Shown one piece after another: positions 1-11,300 of a stretch of 64,000 bases of DNA (position 1 is its first letter; every line of letters begins with the position of its first letter). This DNA is from Elsinoe ampelina (Eukaryota), in contig ML992504.1 in the NCBI GenBank assembly GCA_010093995.1, forward strand, positions 806,001 through 870,000. Direction: 5' to 3'. Under the pieces are notes generated by a model. It searched no databases and was not told where the DNA came from. It was given only the letters and a program-made list of their open reading frames with translations. The position numbers were made by a program, and so were the translations under genes.

Positions 1-916
1 CCTTCGGGGGCTTCTTGGAGGGGCTAAACTTTGGAGTATCAGGCAGTCCGAGACCGAGGTTGGCGAAGCGGGCCGAGAGGGCATCGTCCATGGCCGTAAG
101 GTCAGCGGGGAGAGTAGGCAGGGCAGAAGGCGCGGAGGGGAGGTCGAGGGGGTCTTTGGCGGGGCTAGTGGAGGAGTCGTCTGGCTCCGAGGGTGTGATA
201 GGCTCGTCGTACTTCCCCTCGATCTCTAGCTCGGCGAGGACGCGCGCGATGTAGTCTTCTGCGTCGCGCGAGTCTTGGTCGTCTTGCCGGCCGTCGTCTT
301 CTTTCTCTTCGTCTTTGAGGCGGGCGTGGAAGTCGTCGAAGATGCCGTTGTTCGGGCCAGCGGGCTGCTCTGCGCCTGACGCGCTCTCTAGTCCTTCTTC
401 CCCTTGCTGCACCTGGTCTGCCTTATCCGCTACGCTCTCCCCTGGTTCTACCCTGCCATCTCCATGTAGCGCTTGCCAGTCCTCTGGGAGAGCTTCCTTT
501 GCTTCCCTCAACAGCCCCTCTACGTCCTTTGCTTCGTCCTTGCCTACGTCCCAGGTCGATTCTTCCCCGCCAAGCTCTTGTAGTAGCTCCTCCAAGGTGC
601 GGTCATCTTCTTCGTTATGTGGGGTGTTTTCATGAGTAGCGTCTGGGAGACGGATAGAGCGATTGCCAGCGGCAGGGGAAGAAGTCGCGGAGGCTGGGTT
701 TAATGCACGGAAGCGGGCGGCCAGATCATCTGAATTCGTGCCGTTGGATGCAGTCGACGGAGCTGTAGTGGAGAAGATGTCTGGCTGAGTGGGATCGGGT
801 GAGGGCGGAGCTTTGGATATTGATGCTGGAGGAGAGAGAGAACGGGCCGTCGAGAGGTTGACGGAACTTGGTTTCAGAGCATTGAGGCGAGCAAGAAGAT
901 CATCGTCTCTCGGCAT
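1..916 (-). CDS. Hypothetical protein, probably a fungal abscission/NoCut checkpoint regulator (ZFYVE19/ANCHR-like); 3' end runs off the window
   Basis: ATG at 916 opens MPRDDDLLARLNALKPS...DDLAARFRAL...EEDDRTLEELLQEL...LGLPDTPKFSPSKKPPK and appears open to the window edge, which is why it is missing from the ORF track. Family guessed from the repeated 'L(L/A)AR(L/F)xAL' motifs; the diagnostic C-terminal zinc finger is not in the window. Confidence 0.5.
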   Translation of the reverse strand, partial: MPRDDDLLARLNALKPSSVNLSTARSLSPPASISKAPPSPDPTQPDIFSTTAPSTASNGTNSDDLAARFRALNPASATSSPAAGNRSIRLPDATHENTPHNEEDDRTLEELLQELGGEESTWDVGKDEAKDVEGLLREAKEALPEDWQALHGDGRVEPGESVADKADQVQQGEEGLESASGAEQPAGPNNGIFDDFHARLKDEEKEDDGRQDDQDSRDAEDYIARVLAELEIEGKYDEPITPSEPDDSSTSPAKDPLDLPSAPSALPTLPADLTAMDDALSARFANLGLGLPDTPKFSPSKKPPK

Positions 917-1117
917 AGTGATTTAGATGTCATGGTGAGGTGACCATTGTTGTGATTGGGAGACGGAAAATGGGAAGTCTATGGAGGGGCATGAGGCAGG
1001 TGCCCCGCTATCACAACCATGGAGGTTGATAGAACGGGTTTCACATCAAGTATCTTCAAGAACTGGGTTAGAAATGTCAGCGACGAAGGGAAATTCATTC
1101 ATTATCTGACGATCACA

Positions 1118-3164
1118 TTAATACACTCTCCACAGCCAGATAAACCATGCAAGTGCCGGACATGCAACCCAAAGCATGTCCTTCCTAAATGTGGCCAGGA
1201 AATGCATAGCAAAACCCCTCCTTCTCTTTTGTACAGGCTTCATTTCAAAGTCGAGCTCATCAATCCATGCGTCCTCGTCCTTTCGCTTGCCATAGTATCC
1301 AGCTTTGCTTATGAGCGGAACGCCTTGAAGCTCTACGTTGGTGGGTAGACCATAGTGACCGAGGGATCCATTGCCCGGGCTTACGCTTCTCGCTCTCGCA
1401 TTGTCTGATCGAGCCACCAGGAAACCATTGCCTTCTGAGTTTGCGGTACCATTGGCAGATCCGTTGCCGAGAGAATCGGCCCGGGATCGAGGCTTGTCCT
1501 TCTTCTTGTAGGCCTCCTGCTCCGTGACAGGTAAGACCGAGTCGATAGGCGTCCAGATGGGCTTGTTGCGTTCTCGCATCGTGATGATCGTAGAATGCAC
1601 AAGAAGTGTGAGAACCGTGACGGCAAAGTAGAACCCATACTGGATAAGGATAGCAAGCTGATCTGGCATCAAGCACAAATGAGTCTGCAGTGTTGGCATC
1701 CTGATCGCTTGTGGCGAGCCAGGTAAGGGATCTGCAAACTGGTTCACTGGGTTCCAGAGGCTGACCATCTGGAATCCTGGGCGACGAACACCCATAGCGA
1801 AGCTGATGCTCTTGACCGTGATTTCCTTGATACCACTTCCTGCTGAAGGATATCCTCGATGGACGAGTTCGCAGTAGTCGTGGTCGTCGCCGGAGAAGAT
1901 GTATGCGATGTTGCCTACTCGATCTGCAATCGTTTTGGACAATCCTTTGGAGAGCACGTTCTGGTACTGATACCCAGCAGCAACTCTGATAGCATTTCTC
2001 TCATCCACTTCTTGTCTGGGAACGCTTGGAGGGAATCTCTCGCGCATCGGTCCGCATGGAGTACCAGGCTCTCGATAGAATGGTACGTGCGTGAGCAGGA
2101 TTGTGGGTAACTCTGAAGCCTTCTTGCTCTCATCGAATTCGTCCTCAGCAGGTTTGATGAGCATCCGCTGCTCAGGCTCCCTGGCGACCTGATGGAAAAA
2201 CTTCCAGCCTCGAGGATAATCCGGTGTCCGTCCAAGAAAATGTTTGATCGCATCCCTCTTCTTCTCCTTGACAGAATCCAAGAAGTCCATGCTAGGCGTC
2301 CAAAGATCCGGATTCGAGCCATGCACATCCATGGCACTCAGGCTGACCGTGTCCAAGCCCACGAATGTATGATTCCCGATTATGTCCACCCTGTCTCCCT
2401 TGCCAAAGTATGCTTGAAACCTGTCCCTCACTGTGACCTGGACGCCTGTCGCAAAACCCAAATCATGATTGCCGGGGAGACTGGCGATAATGTTCTTCTC
2501 AGCCCGCTCACTCCTGCCTCCAGTGACCTGTGTCCCCGTCAAGAAGAGCTTCCCGAACCGCTCGAACTCATTACGCCAGAATTTTGGTCCATAGCTCTTC
2601 CATTGAGTCTCAGAGGCGTGGAAACTTTCTCTACCTGTACTCCATTCTCTTCCACCATCGAAGAGGTCGCCGAGGAAGTACACAGTGTCCGGATCGTAGG
2701 CTCGTTGAATGTGGTAGTAAGATCTCTTCAGGTATTTGTCCGTGAAGGCGATGGTGAGCTTAGAGAGCGGCCATGGCCGGCCAGGGTAGGTGTGGGGATC
2801 GATCAATTGAGGGTCAGCTATGAAAGCGACTCGATGCGGTGTTGCTGTCTGTGGCTACAACACATTAGCCTGGAGGACTTTGACATGCCCGCTGCTGAGC
2901 CCATACCCATCGTTCCCACCTGTTCCAACTGCAACCCTTGGTGTCTTTCGAATAGACTCGAACCTCGCCCCAGTATATCACCCACACCCAGAGCAAGATC
3001 AGTATCGTCTGCGCGCGTAAGATGTATTTCTTGACGAATCCTTGGGCCGTGAGGTCTCGGGATGCGGACACGGTGCGGTACTTCAGTCTTCGAGCATTTC
3101 GTAACGCGACCTGGACGTAGGGTTGCAATTCATCCCATGTCTTGCGAAGCGCAGACCTGGCCAT
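1118..3164 (-). CDS. CDC1: Mn-dependent metallophosphoesterase, Cdc1/MPPE1 family (GPI-anchor remodelling); intron 2855-2906
   Basis: Spliced protein has ADPQLID, LGDLFDGG, LPGNHD, LLTHVP and SGDDHDYC metallophosphoesterase motifs plus N- and C-terminal hydrophobic segments. Intron has GTATGG, GCTAAT and TAG signals. Confidence 0.9.
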
Positions 3165-3390
3165 AAGAGAGTTTCCACGGAATAATCACATGGTTGTGGG
3201 ATGAGAGTTTCGAAGTCGTTAATTCTTAAAGAAGCAAGCTCGGAGGTGCCTGACAGTTGGTTAAGGGGTCCAAAGCGGCCCCTGCTTCTTTATATCTATG
3301 TATGCTCTGCCGTCCTGTCTCCTGAGCCATGCGCCACGCTATGCATGTAGAAACACAACTTCAACGCCCCCTACAGCATCCTGCTCGTGT

Positions 3391-5019
3391 CTACCGGAAA
3401 CGGACTTTGTATTTGAAGTCAATCGCAAATGCCGGATCACTGACAACAACCTCTTCTCCATCTGCCACCAAATCATCCAGCTTGCGTTTGAGGTTTGGCC
3501 TCGTCTTCTCTTCCAGACTTGCTGGCGTCGAGTAGTACAGCGTCTTCTGCTCGGTCCTAATCAAGGGCTTTTTGATTTGTCTGGTACTGTCAGTCGTGAT
3601 ACTTCGAGTGAATCAGGGATACTCACGCCTCTGGTCTCTCGGCGAGATGATCAACGAAATCTTGCAGACTCCACTCCTTCTTGACGTCCATCTCACGAGC
3701 TAGATTGCCACAGACAGGACAGTCCGGCTTCATCTCGTGCTCGAAAGTGTAGGTGTAGACTCCATCATCGCCGCTATACATCATGTAGTTGTTAGTACCT
3801 GGGTACCCGATGGCTGGATTCGAGCTGGTGACGAGCTTGAAAGCTTCGTTGCAACATGATGCTGCAATAATGGCATTTGTCGATGCGATAGCCGGGATGA
3901 TGTTCTTGACGACGCCCTGGGTCATGGAATACGTGACACCTGGGATGTTGAACTCCTTAGCTCGCTCACTAGCCTTGTTGAACAGCCACGATATGTGTTC
4001 CGGGTCGTCAGTATCAAGTGTGATATCTGCATATAGTCAGTCGGATTCTACTAAACGTCAGATCAAGATCTGCACCTTTTCGCTCTTCCTCCCAAGCAAT
4101 AATGTGTGCCCATTCGATGCAGTGTTGCGGTTGGCGAGGGATCGTGGCTAGTGTGCAAAGCGGCACAGTCTCTCTCGGTGCATGCATGTCAAGTTGACAT
4201 TCGAGACAACTTGTCAAGGTCGGTAGGATGACTCGTGATTGCCCTTTGAACCCTTCAAGTCATCAGCTCATATGCAAGTGTAATCGCTGATGAAGCCTTA
4301 CCTTCTGTGCCGCCGTCGATCAATGGCTTCAAGCTGTCCGGATTCTCTCCATCCACCATGCCCACGAGAGTCGCATTGATCCAGCGCCTTGCTTCAATAC
4401 TGTCAAGTCCGCAGATGATCAAATTGAATTGCAAGTAGTAGTCCTCGTCCTTGTCCTGGATTTTGCCACAGTATGGATTGATGGTCACGCCTTTGACTCT
4501 CTTCATAACAAAACGAGCAGCGACTTCTGCCTTCGATTTACCAACATCTGCTTGTCGGAATAGAAACTGTCGGTTGAGGTTCGATACGTCGATGGTGTCC
4601 ATATCGATCACGTCGATGTTCTTGAAGCCGGATAGGGCCAGGTTCTTGAGAATCTCACAACCTAGTCCACCTGCACCACTGTGATATGTTAGTCACGAGT
4701 GAGATTGAACCGTATTGGACATACATGACGAGGACCTTGACGGTATCGAAGAGGGAAATGACAGCGTCGCCGGGCACCCAGTCTTCATCTGTGAATGGTC
4801 CAGATCTACCGAGGATATTGTCCCGATAAAGCCTACATCTCCTGGTCAGCCAGCGATTACAACGAACACTACCTTGATGCCAATCGTCGGGCGTAATGAA
4901 CGGATGGTTTGTGGAGTGGCGAAAGTGTTTGATACTGACCATTTGGAGGCACTTGCCCCAGCCCCATTCTGCATGGGCAGGATGTCGGGAGGCTGCTTGC
5001 TTTCTGCATCAGTTGCCAT
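3391..5019 (-). CDS. UBA3: NEDD8-activating enzyme E1 catalytic subunit (multi-exon)
   Basis: [37 protein letters not shown], catalytic [23 protein letters not shown] and a C-terminal E2-binding region ending FKYKVRFR*; several GT-AG introns. Confidence 0.93.
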
Positions 5020-5195
5020 TGTGATCAGATGACAACGAGAAGGGAATATGAAATGATGGCAGAGGATGTGTTGCGAGTGTGAAGAAGTGAATGACGATGT
5101 GCACATGGACCTGGTGGGGTTCTGCGCGGGCACTTCCACCTCACTTCCTCTTCTTCTTTCTCTCTCACAACACATAACATGTGTCCAAGTAGAGG

Positions 5196-8153
5196 ATGTC
5201 CGATTTTCTCAGCGCCGTATCGACAGTCGCGCTTCGATCAAGACCGGGAAATCAGTCAGATGCAAACTTGTCCATATCTGAGGCGCGGAATAAACCACAC
5301 AAGAAGGAGGCATTGGTGAAAGCTATCTCACCCTCCCACATATCAAGCCCAGAAGATGCACTTCAAATCCTGAAATCACAGCCGGATGAGACGGAGATTC
5401 AGGATGTATTGCGTTACCTCCTCGAGAATTCTTGTCCTGATTTTGATGTGCGATTTCCTGGCTCGAAAGCCTCTGGACTCCTTCGCCATCTGATCACCAC
5501 CACATTACCGACGTTTTGGCATGCATCCGAAGACATACGGAATCTCCTGACACGATGCATGCGATCCGTACCGGGACTGAGCGGTATGCTGGCGGAGCTC
5601 CGAATTACAACAAATCAGCGAGAAGCAAGCAAGCAGGTCGAGGGGATTCAGAATGCAACATCGAATGCCGAACACCTTGATGTTCTCCAGAGACTGTTGG
5701 GTGAAGACGATCTTGTCTGGGTGATCTGGAGACAACTGTCGACAATTCAGAACGAGACACAGAAGCGATTGCTGTGGCGAGAGTTCATGGCATTGTTATC
5801 CTCTGGCAAGGTTGTCTCCACAGTAGCTCACTTTGAGGACATACGGAGACGTACTACGAAGACACTGATCAAGGATTCGTGGTTAGCCCAAGGGAAAACG
5901 TATACCGTGCGGATCGCTGCACAGATTGCCAGTTTTCTAACGCACCTGGACTGTCACGACGATGCAGCATGGACAGCGGCGGCGGAGCTTTTCACCAGAT
6001 GCGGAGGTATGGGCTATGCCGATGGGTTTATGCGCGAGATCACTATGAAGATCCTTCACCAGGGTCAAGAAGGACTGATCACGCTTCAAGCTCTCGTGGA
6101 TAAGCTTCGTGCATCGGAGCAAAAGCGCTATTTGCGCAATATGCTCGGCAGTCTCAATAAGATATTTGTGTCTGGAGACCAAAATACGATCATTCAGGCC
6201 ACTTCCGCGTTTTTGGGCAGCATTGTTTCGAAATCCGATAGCCTCACTCAAGAGCTTGAAGCATGGCTATCTGACCCCAAGGCTTGTTGCACTACCAACC
6301 AGTCCAGTCGACGTGCGGCAGTCGCTACACTAGGAGGCAAGATGGAGCATCTTCAGCAAGTGTTCGAACAGAGTACCAAGATCTTTGGCGAGACAATGTT
6401 CGTGCAGCATGCACCAGCTGTCCAACAGGAAGCTTGTGCAGAGGTCGTCTTACTAGCTGCTGGACAGCTTAACCGTCGTGAGCCTGCGACTTTTCGATTC
6501 CTAGCCCGGTCTAGCGCATATTCTCAAATGGTCTCGAACCGATTGAATGCATCATCGGAGAGGGCTCGAATACTCGGCATGTGTGTCGGTATGGCCATCT
6601 CTGCGCTCCTGGATCAACCAGACAAGCAGCTCAAGTTCAACATACCTGAGGTCAAAACAACTTGGGCAACGACTTTGAGAGCACTTACCGGTGTGGAGGA
6701 CCTGCAGGGCACAATCGACGACATACAGATTGCTCTTGGTGCAAAGACGGAGGTCCCACGACACACATCCACAAGCAAACCAAAGATGACAGAAGCGCGA
6801 TCATCGGCAAAGGCGAGGCCCAAGATGGCAAACCAACCACAGAAGCAAGCCTCTCAGACACAAATGATAGGCCCTAGAATTGTGGAGGTACTCGGCGATG
6901 ACGAAGAGCAGGCTGACGACCATGATGGTTTGAAGCCATACCCAAAACCAGACTCTGACCCAGAAGATTCCGATGATGATCCTACACTTGTCAATCGAGA
7001 CAAGCCAAAAGCTCCCGTGTACATCCGCGATCTGATCGCTGGCCTGCAAGATCAAGAAAATTACGATAGACACAAGCTAGCTCTGGAGAACGCAGCATCA
7101 CTCATCCGCCGCAAGGCGAAATTCGGCAAGGAAGTCAGCGACCACGCGACCGAGCTTGGGCTGATCTTAATCGGCCTCCAAGATCAATTCGATCTCGATC
7201 ACTTCGTCGAGCTCCGCCTCCAAGCACTTATCGCTCTCCTCATCTCTAACCCGTCTGACCTAGCACCCTGGCTCGCCAAACAGGCTTTCGAAGGCGACTA
7301 CTCCCTCAGCCAACGCGGCACCATCCTCAGCGCCATTGGACTCGCCGCCCGCGAGCTAGCAGGCTACACCGACACCGACGCCCTCAACCCCACCATCACC
7401 AGCCCCAATAGCTTCCCCTCCAAGCGTCTGCCCGAGAAATACCACGCCATCTACGCCCCCTCCCCCTCCCCCTCCACCCAACCCCTCCCCTCCTCCCCCC
7501 TCAACACAATCACCAGCTCCCTCACCACCTCCATCCTCTCCCCCCTGACCGCCACCCTAGCCGACGCCGCCACCGGCCCCAGCGTCCTCAAAACCCGCAC
7601 CATCTCCTCCCGCCTCTCCCCCTCCATCCGCACGCACAAAATCCCAAACTCCCTCTCCACTCTGCTCTACACCTCCTTCTTCACCCCCTTGCTAGGGCAC
7701 TTCCACACGCACACCTCCCTCCCCTCCTCCCGCGCCCGCAACATCTACCTCCAGCCTCACTTCCTCGGGACTTACCTCAAGACACTCGGGTTGCTGGTGC
7801 ACGCTTCTGGTCCGGGGACGGTGAGTCTGCCTGCGTTGACGGGGGAGTTTTGGTCTCTCCTCCTTGGGCTGCGGGGCAAGGCGATGGAGGATCCGGTGGT
7901 GATGGAGGCGGTGTTGTTTGGGTTTTTGGCCGTGTTGGAGGTGAATGAGGATACGAGGCGGGTGGCGGTGGAGTGTGGGAGGGAGGTGGTGGAGACGAGG
8001 GAGTGGGTTGGGATGGTGTTTGAGAGGATGAATGCTGGTGGGAGGGGGGAGGAGGAGAGGGTGAGGGGGTTGGCGGCCGGGGTGGTGATCAAGTGTGGGG
8101 AGGTGATGGAGAGGTGGGAGAGGTTGATGGTCGGGGAGATGATGGACTATTGA
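5196..8153 (+). CDS. TEL2: Telomere length regulation protein / TTT co-chaperone subunit Tel2
   Basis: 985-aa intronless ORF; N-terminal MSDFLSAVST, VSNRL...ARILGMCVG, and the PDSDPEDSDDDPTL...APVYIRDLI motif typical of fungal Tel2. Confidence 0.88.
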   Translation: MSDFLSAVSTVALRSRPGNQSDANLSISEARNKPHKKEALVKAISPSHISSPEDALQILKSQPDETEIQDVLRYLLENSCPDFDVRFPGSKASGLLRHLITTTLPTFWHASEDIRNLLTRCMRSVPGLSGMLAELRITTNQREASKQVEGIQNATSNAEHLDVLQRLLGEDDLVWVIWRQLSTIQNETQKRLLWREFMALLSSGKVVSTVAHFEDIRRRTTKTLIKDSWLAQGKTYTVRIAAQIASFLTHLDCHDDAAWTAAAELFTRCGGMGYADGFMREITMKILHQGQEGLITLQALVDKLRASEQKRYLRNMLGSLNKIFVSGDQNTIIQATSAFLGSIVSKSDSLTQELEAWLSDPKACCTTNQSSRRAAVATLGGKMEHLQQVFEQSTKIFGETMFVQHAPAVQQEACAEVVLLAAGQLNRREPATFRFLARSSAYSQMVSNRLNASSERARILGMCVGMAISALLDQPDKQLKFNIPEVKTTWATTLRALTGVEDLQGTIDDIQIALGAKTEVPRHTSTSKPKMTEARSSAKARPKMANQPQKQASQTQMIGPRIVEVLGDDEEQADDHDGLKPYPKPDSDPEDSDDDPTLVNRDKPKAPVYIRDLIAGLQDQENYDRHKLALENAASLIRRKAKFGKEVSDHATELGLILIGLQDQFDLDHFVELRLQALIALLISNPSDLAPWLAKQAFEGDYSLSQRGTILSAIGLAARELAGYTDTDALNPTITSPNSFPSKRLPEKYHAIYAPSPSPSTQPLPSSPLNTITSSLTTSILSPLTATLADAATGPSVLKTRTISSRLSPSIRTHKIPNSLSTLLYTSFFTPLLGHFHTHTSLPSSRARNIYLQPHFLGTYLKTLGLLVHASGPGTVSLPALTGEFWSLLLGLRGKAMEDPVVMEAVLFGFLAVLEVNEDTRRVAVECGREVVETREWVGMVFERMNAGGRGEEERVRGLAAGVVIKCGEVMERWERLMVGEMMDY

Positions 8154-8327
8154 GATGGAATGCTCGTCCCGTAGACGCACGAGTGGTAGAGTTGGGAGCG
8201 TAGGGGAAGGTAATGGTAAGGATTAGCATAGGTGTATTTATACCGCGTATCATATTCTATATCATGCAAGCGCTTTGTGAAGCCAGACCCAATGATTATC
8301 CGTCGCTATGCCAGCTAATCGAATGAC

Positions 8328-11300
8328 CTACTCATCATCGCTCTCCTCGCTGCTGCTCTCAATCACCCTTCTCCTCCCTCTAGCCTTGGTAGCACTGATC
8401 CCTTCATTGGCGGCAGGATCAAACATGATCATATCATCGCTCTCTTCAGCGTCCACGTCAATCTCGTCCTCCTCGTCACTGTCGTAGATGAACTCCTTGC
8501 TCAGCTCTCCACGCCCACCATTCATCTTTTCTTTCTCGAGCTCCTTCCTCTTGTCCCTCGCCTTAGCAGCAGCAGATTTCGCACCTCCCAATGTCCTGCC
8601 CTTCTTGGCTTGCTTGGTAGCCTTCTTCACTCCCGGCGTGCTGTCTCCCCTCACGTAAGGCAGTGAGCTGGACGCAAACTCAATCTCCTCGTCACTCCCC
8701 ACTACGAATCCATCGAGGTCAGAGTCGTGCATCCAGTCATTTGTACCCTCCGGTGCGTCATCACCTGATGTGTCTTCCTCTCCAAGCGCGATACCCTGTG
8801 ACGGCAGACGCATGTCGGCAGGCGTGGGTGGCGGAGAGGATGAGGCGGCTTCCATCGCGGATGAATTGCGCTGGAGTGCCGGCCGACCTCTACCTTTGGC
8901 AGCAGAAGCGCGGGGCTTGGGCGCCGCAGTAGCTTTGGCTGGTGCCTTGCGCTTGGGTGCAGCTGGGGTCTTGGGCTTAGCGGGACGTCCTCGTTTCTTG
9001 GGTGGTGGTACGGGTGCGGCAGAGAGAGTATCGGAGTCTGACTCTGCGTTCGCGGCATCCTCGGCGGACAAATCTGCCTCTGGCTCGGGAAAGTGGTCGA
9101 TGTTGGGATCACCGTAAAGGTGCTCTGCCAGGGTAGGATCCTCGATATCAGACATATGTAGGTGCTCATTGAAGTACTCCGTAGCACTGCCGTCAGTGTT
9201 GTGCATGGTGTCGAGCATCAAGGCCACAGACGTGGCAAGTCTGCTATGCTGAACTTTGACCACTGGACATGGTCTCTGGAAACCTGCAAGATTCTTCTCG
9301 GGCATAGGTGCTTGCACCACCGCAGCCTCTTTAGCAGAAGCAACAGATTGATACTTGCGCTCAAGCTCACGCTCCTGCATCCTATTCAAGAGGACATCAT
9401 CCAGGAAAGGCAGTGGAATTGCTTCAGGCTCTGGCCGTGGAAGCGACACATTCGATTTCGTGCGAACCAGAGACTTTCTTTTGCCAGTCTTCTTAGGTCT
9501 GGCGGCATTATCCTCCAAACCGCTGATCTCTGCTTCGCTGCCGTCGCCCCTAACACGGGAGGCTTTTACGAACCCAGTTATGACATTGTCCGGCATATGG
9601 AACTTCTTTGGTGCTTTCTTCGTTCTAGCCCTGCTCTTCCTCGGAATGGGCAGGTCAGCCTGGCTGTTCTCTGTGGGTATCTCGACTACTCGCTTGTCAA
9701 CAACAGGCTTTATCCCCTTAGGCAAGATGCGTGGAGAGCGATCGTCGTGATATTGAAAGTATTTCCCATCCTCGATCATGCCTTGCATCTTCTCGTAATT
9801 GTCTTTCGAAGAGGCAAAGTCTGCTTCTTCCTTCTCTTTCATCAACAAAAGGACGATGTTGCCTTGACGCTTGCGGCCTGTTCGACCCATACGTTGCAAC
9901 ATACGAATGGGGCTGGCACTGGCATCGTAGCAGACGATTAAGTCGACTTCACCAATGTCTAGACCTTCCTCACCAATTGACGTCGCTACCAGTGTGTTGA
10001 ATGTGCCAGCTTTGAATTGATTGATAGCTTCAAGCTGAGCTTTCTGGTTCATGCCCACAGATCCATCCGCATGTGCTTGTCCCACAAACACCCGAGGTCT
10101 GATCATCGGCTCATTACGCCTGAGCACTCGACAAATTTCTTCTGCGCTGTCTCTGTACTGAGCGAAGACCATGACTCGTGTTGCGGAAGGAGCACCAGGT
10201 AAGCCGGTCTCACCTCTGTCAAGAAAGTGATTTAGGATGACTGAGCGTAGATGCTCGAGCTTGGGGTGACCGACAAAGTCGGGGTTCTTGATCCACGTGG
10301 AGATGAAGTTGCACATCTTGTCGAAGTTCGGGTTCTCTCGCACCTCTTTGGCAGCCTTTGTTGATCTACCTGTGCCATCCATCTCGTTGCGCCAGGCAAT
10401 GATTTTGCGGTAGAACGGGCCAATGCCGTGGAATTTGATCATCGTCATTGCATGGGCCAGACTAGCCAGTACTTGGAAACAATTTCTGATCATGCCTTTA
10501 AGACCTTGGCTTGCATTCTTGCCGGCCTCTGATGCCATCCATTGTCGGCAAGCCTGCGTTAGTCCAAAAGCTGATATCTTGCGTGGATTTGTCATCCATG
10601 TTGCGTTTTGGCTCTTGAGCTTGTCGAGATTGGACTGTAAAGCTTTGGAGAAGAGATCCATGATCATCTCTTGTTCATCGGAGAAGCCGAAGGAGAATGT
10701 CTCGAGGTCCCTGGAATGGACATATGACCTGATGTCCATTGATGTCTCGGAGCGAATTTCGGTCTTCGCTATGTCAAGATTGTCAATGATACCTTGTACA
10801 GTCTGGACGTCTTTTCCAGGAGTAGCGGTCAAAGCCAGCACTCGGAAGCTCTGATTGTACCGCCTCAGGATTGAGACAATCTTCACATAGGCATATTTGC
10901 CAGTAGCACGATGGGCTTCGTCGATCACCAGTAGCACGATCCTTTTCGGATCACAAGCGCCATTCGATAAGTCGATCTCAACAGTTTGAGGAGTGCAGAA
11001 GAAGACTCGTTTCTCCTTCCAAGCGTCTTCACGCGTAGTCTTGCCGACTTCGCCTGTCAGCATGGCAGTCTCAGACCGTGGTATGCCAACAGTCTGAAAG
11101 CAGGCCTCGATCTGTTGTGCTACCAGCGGCTTCGTAGGAGCGACAAAGATGATTTGAGCATCCTTGGTCCAACGGAACCAATTGAGCATAATGGTGGCTG
11201 CGATGAACGTCTTGCCTAGACCTGTAGGAAGAGCGACTAGCAGATTCTTAAACATACCAGCCTGGACGATATTGTATTGATAGTCTCTGACGGTACCCAG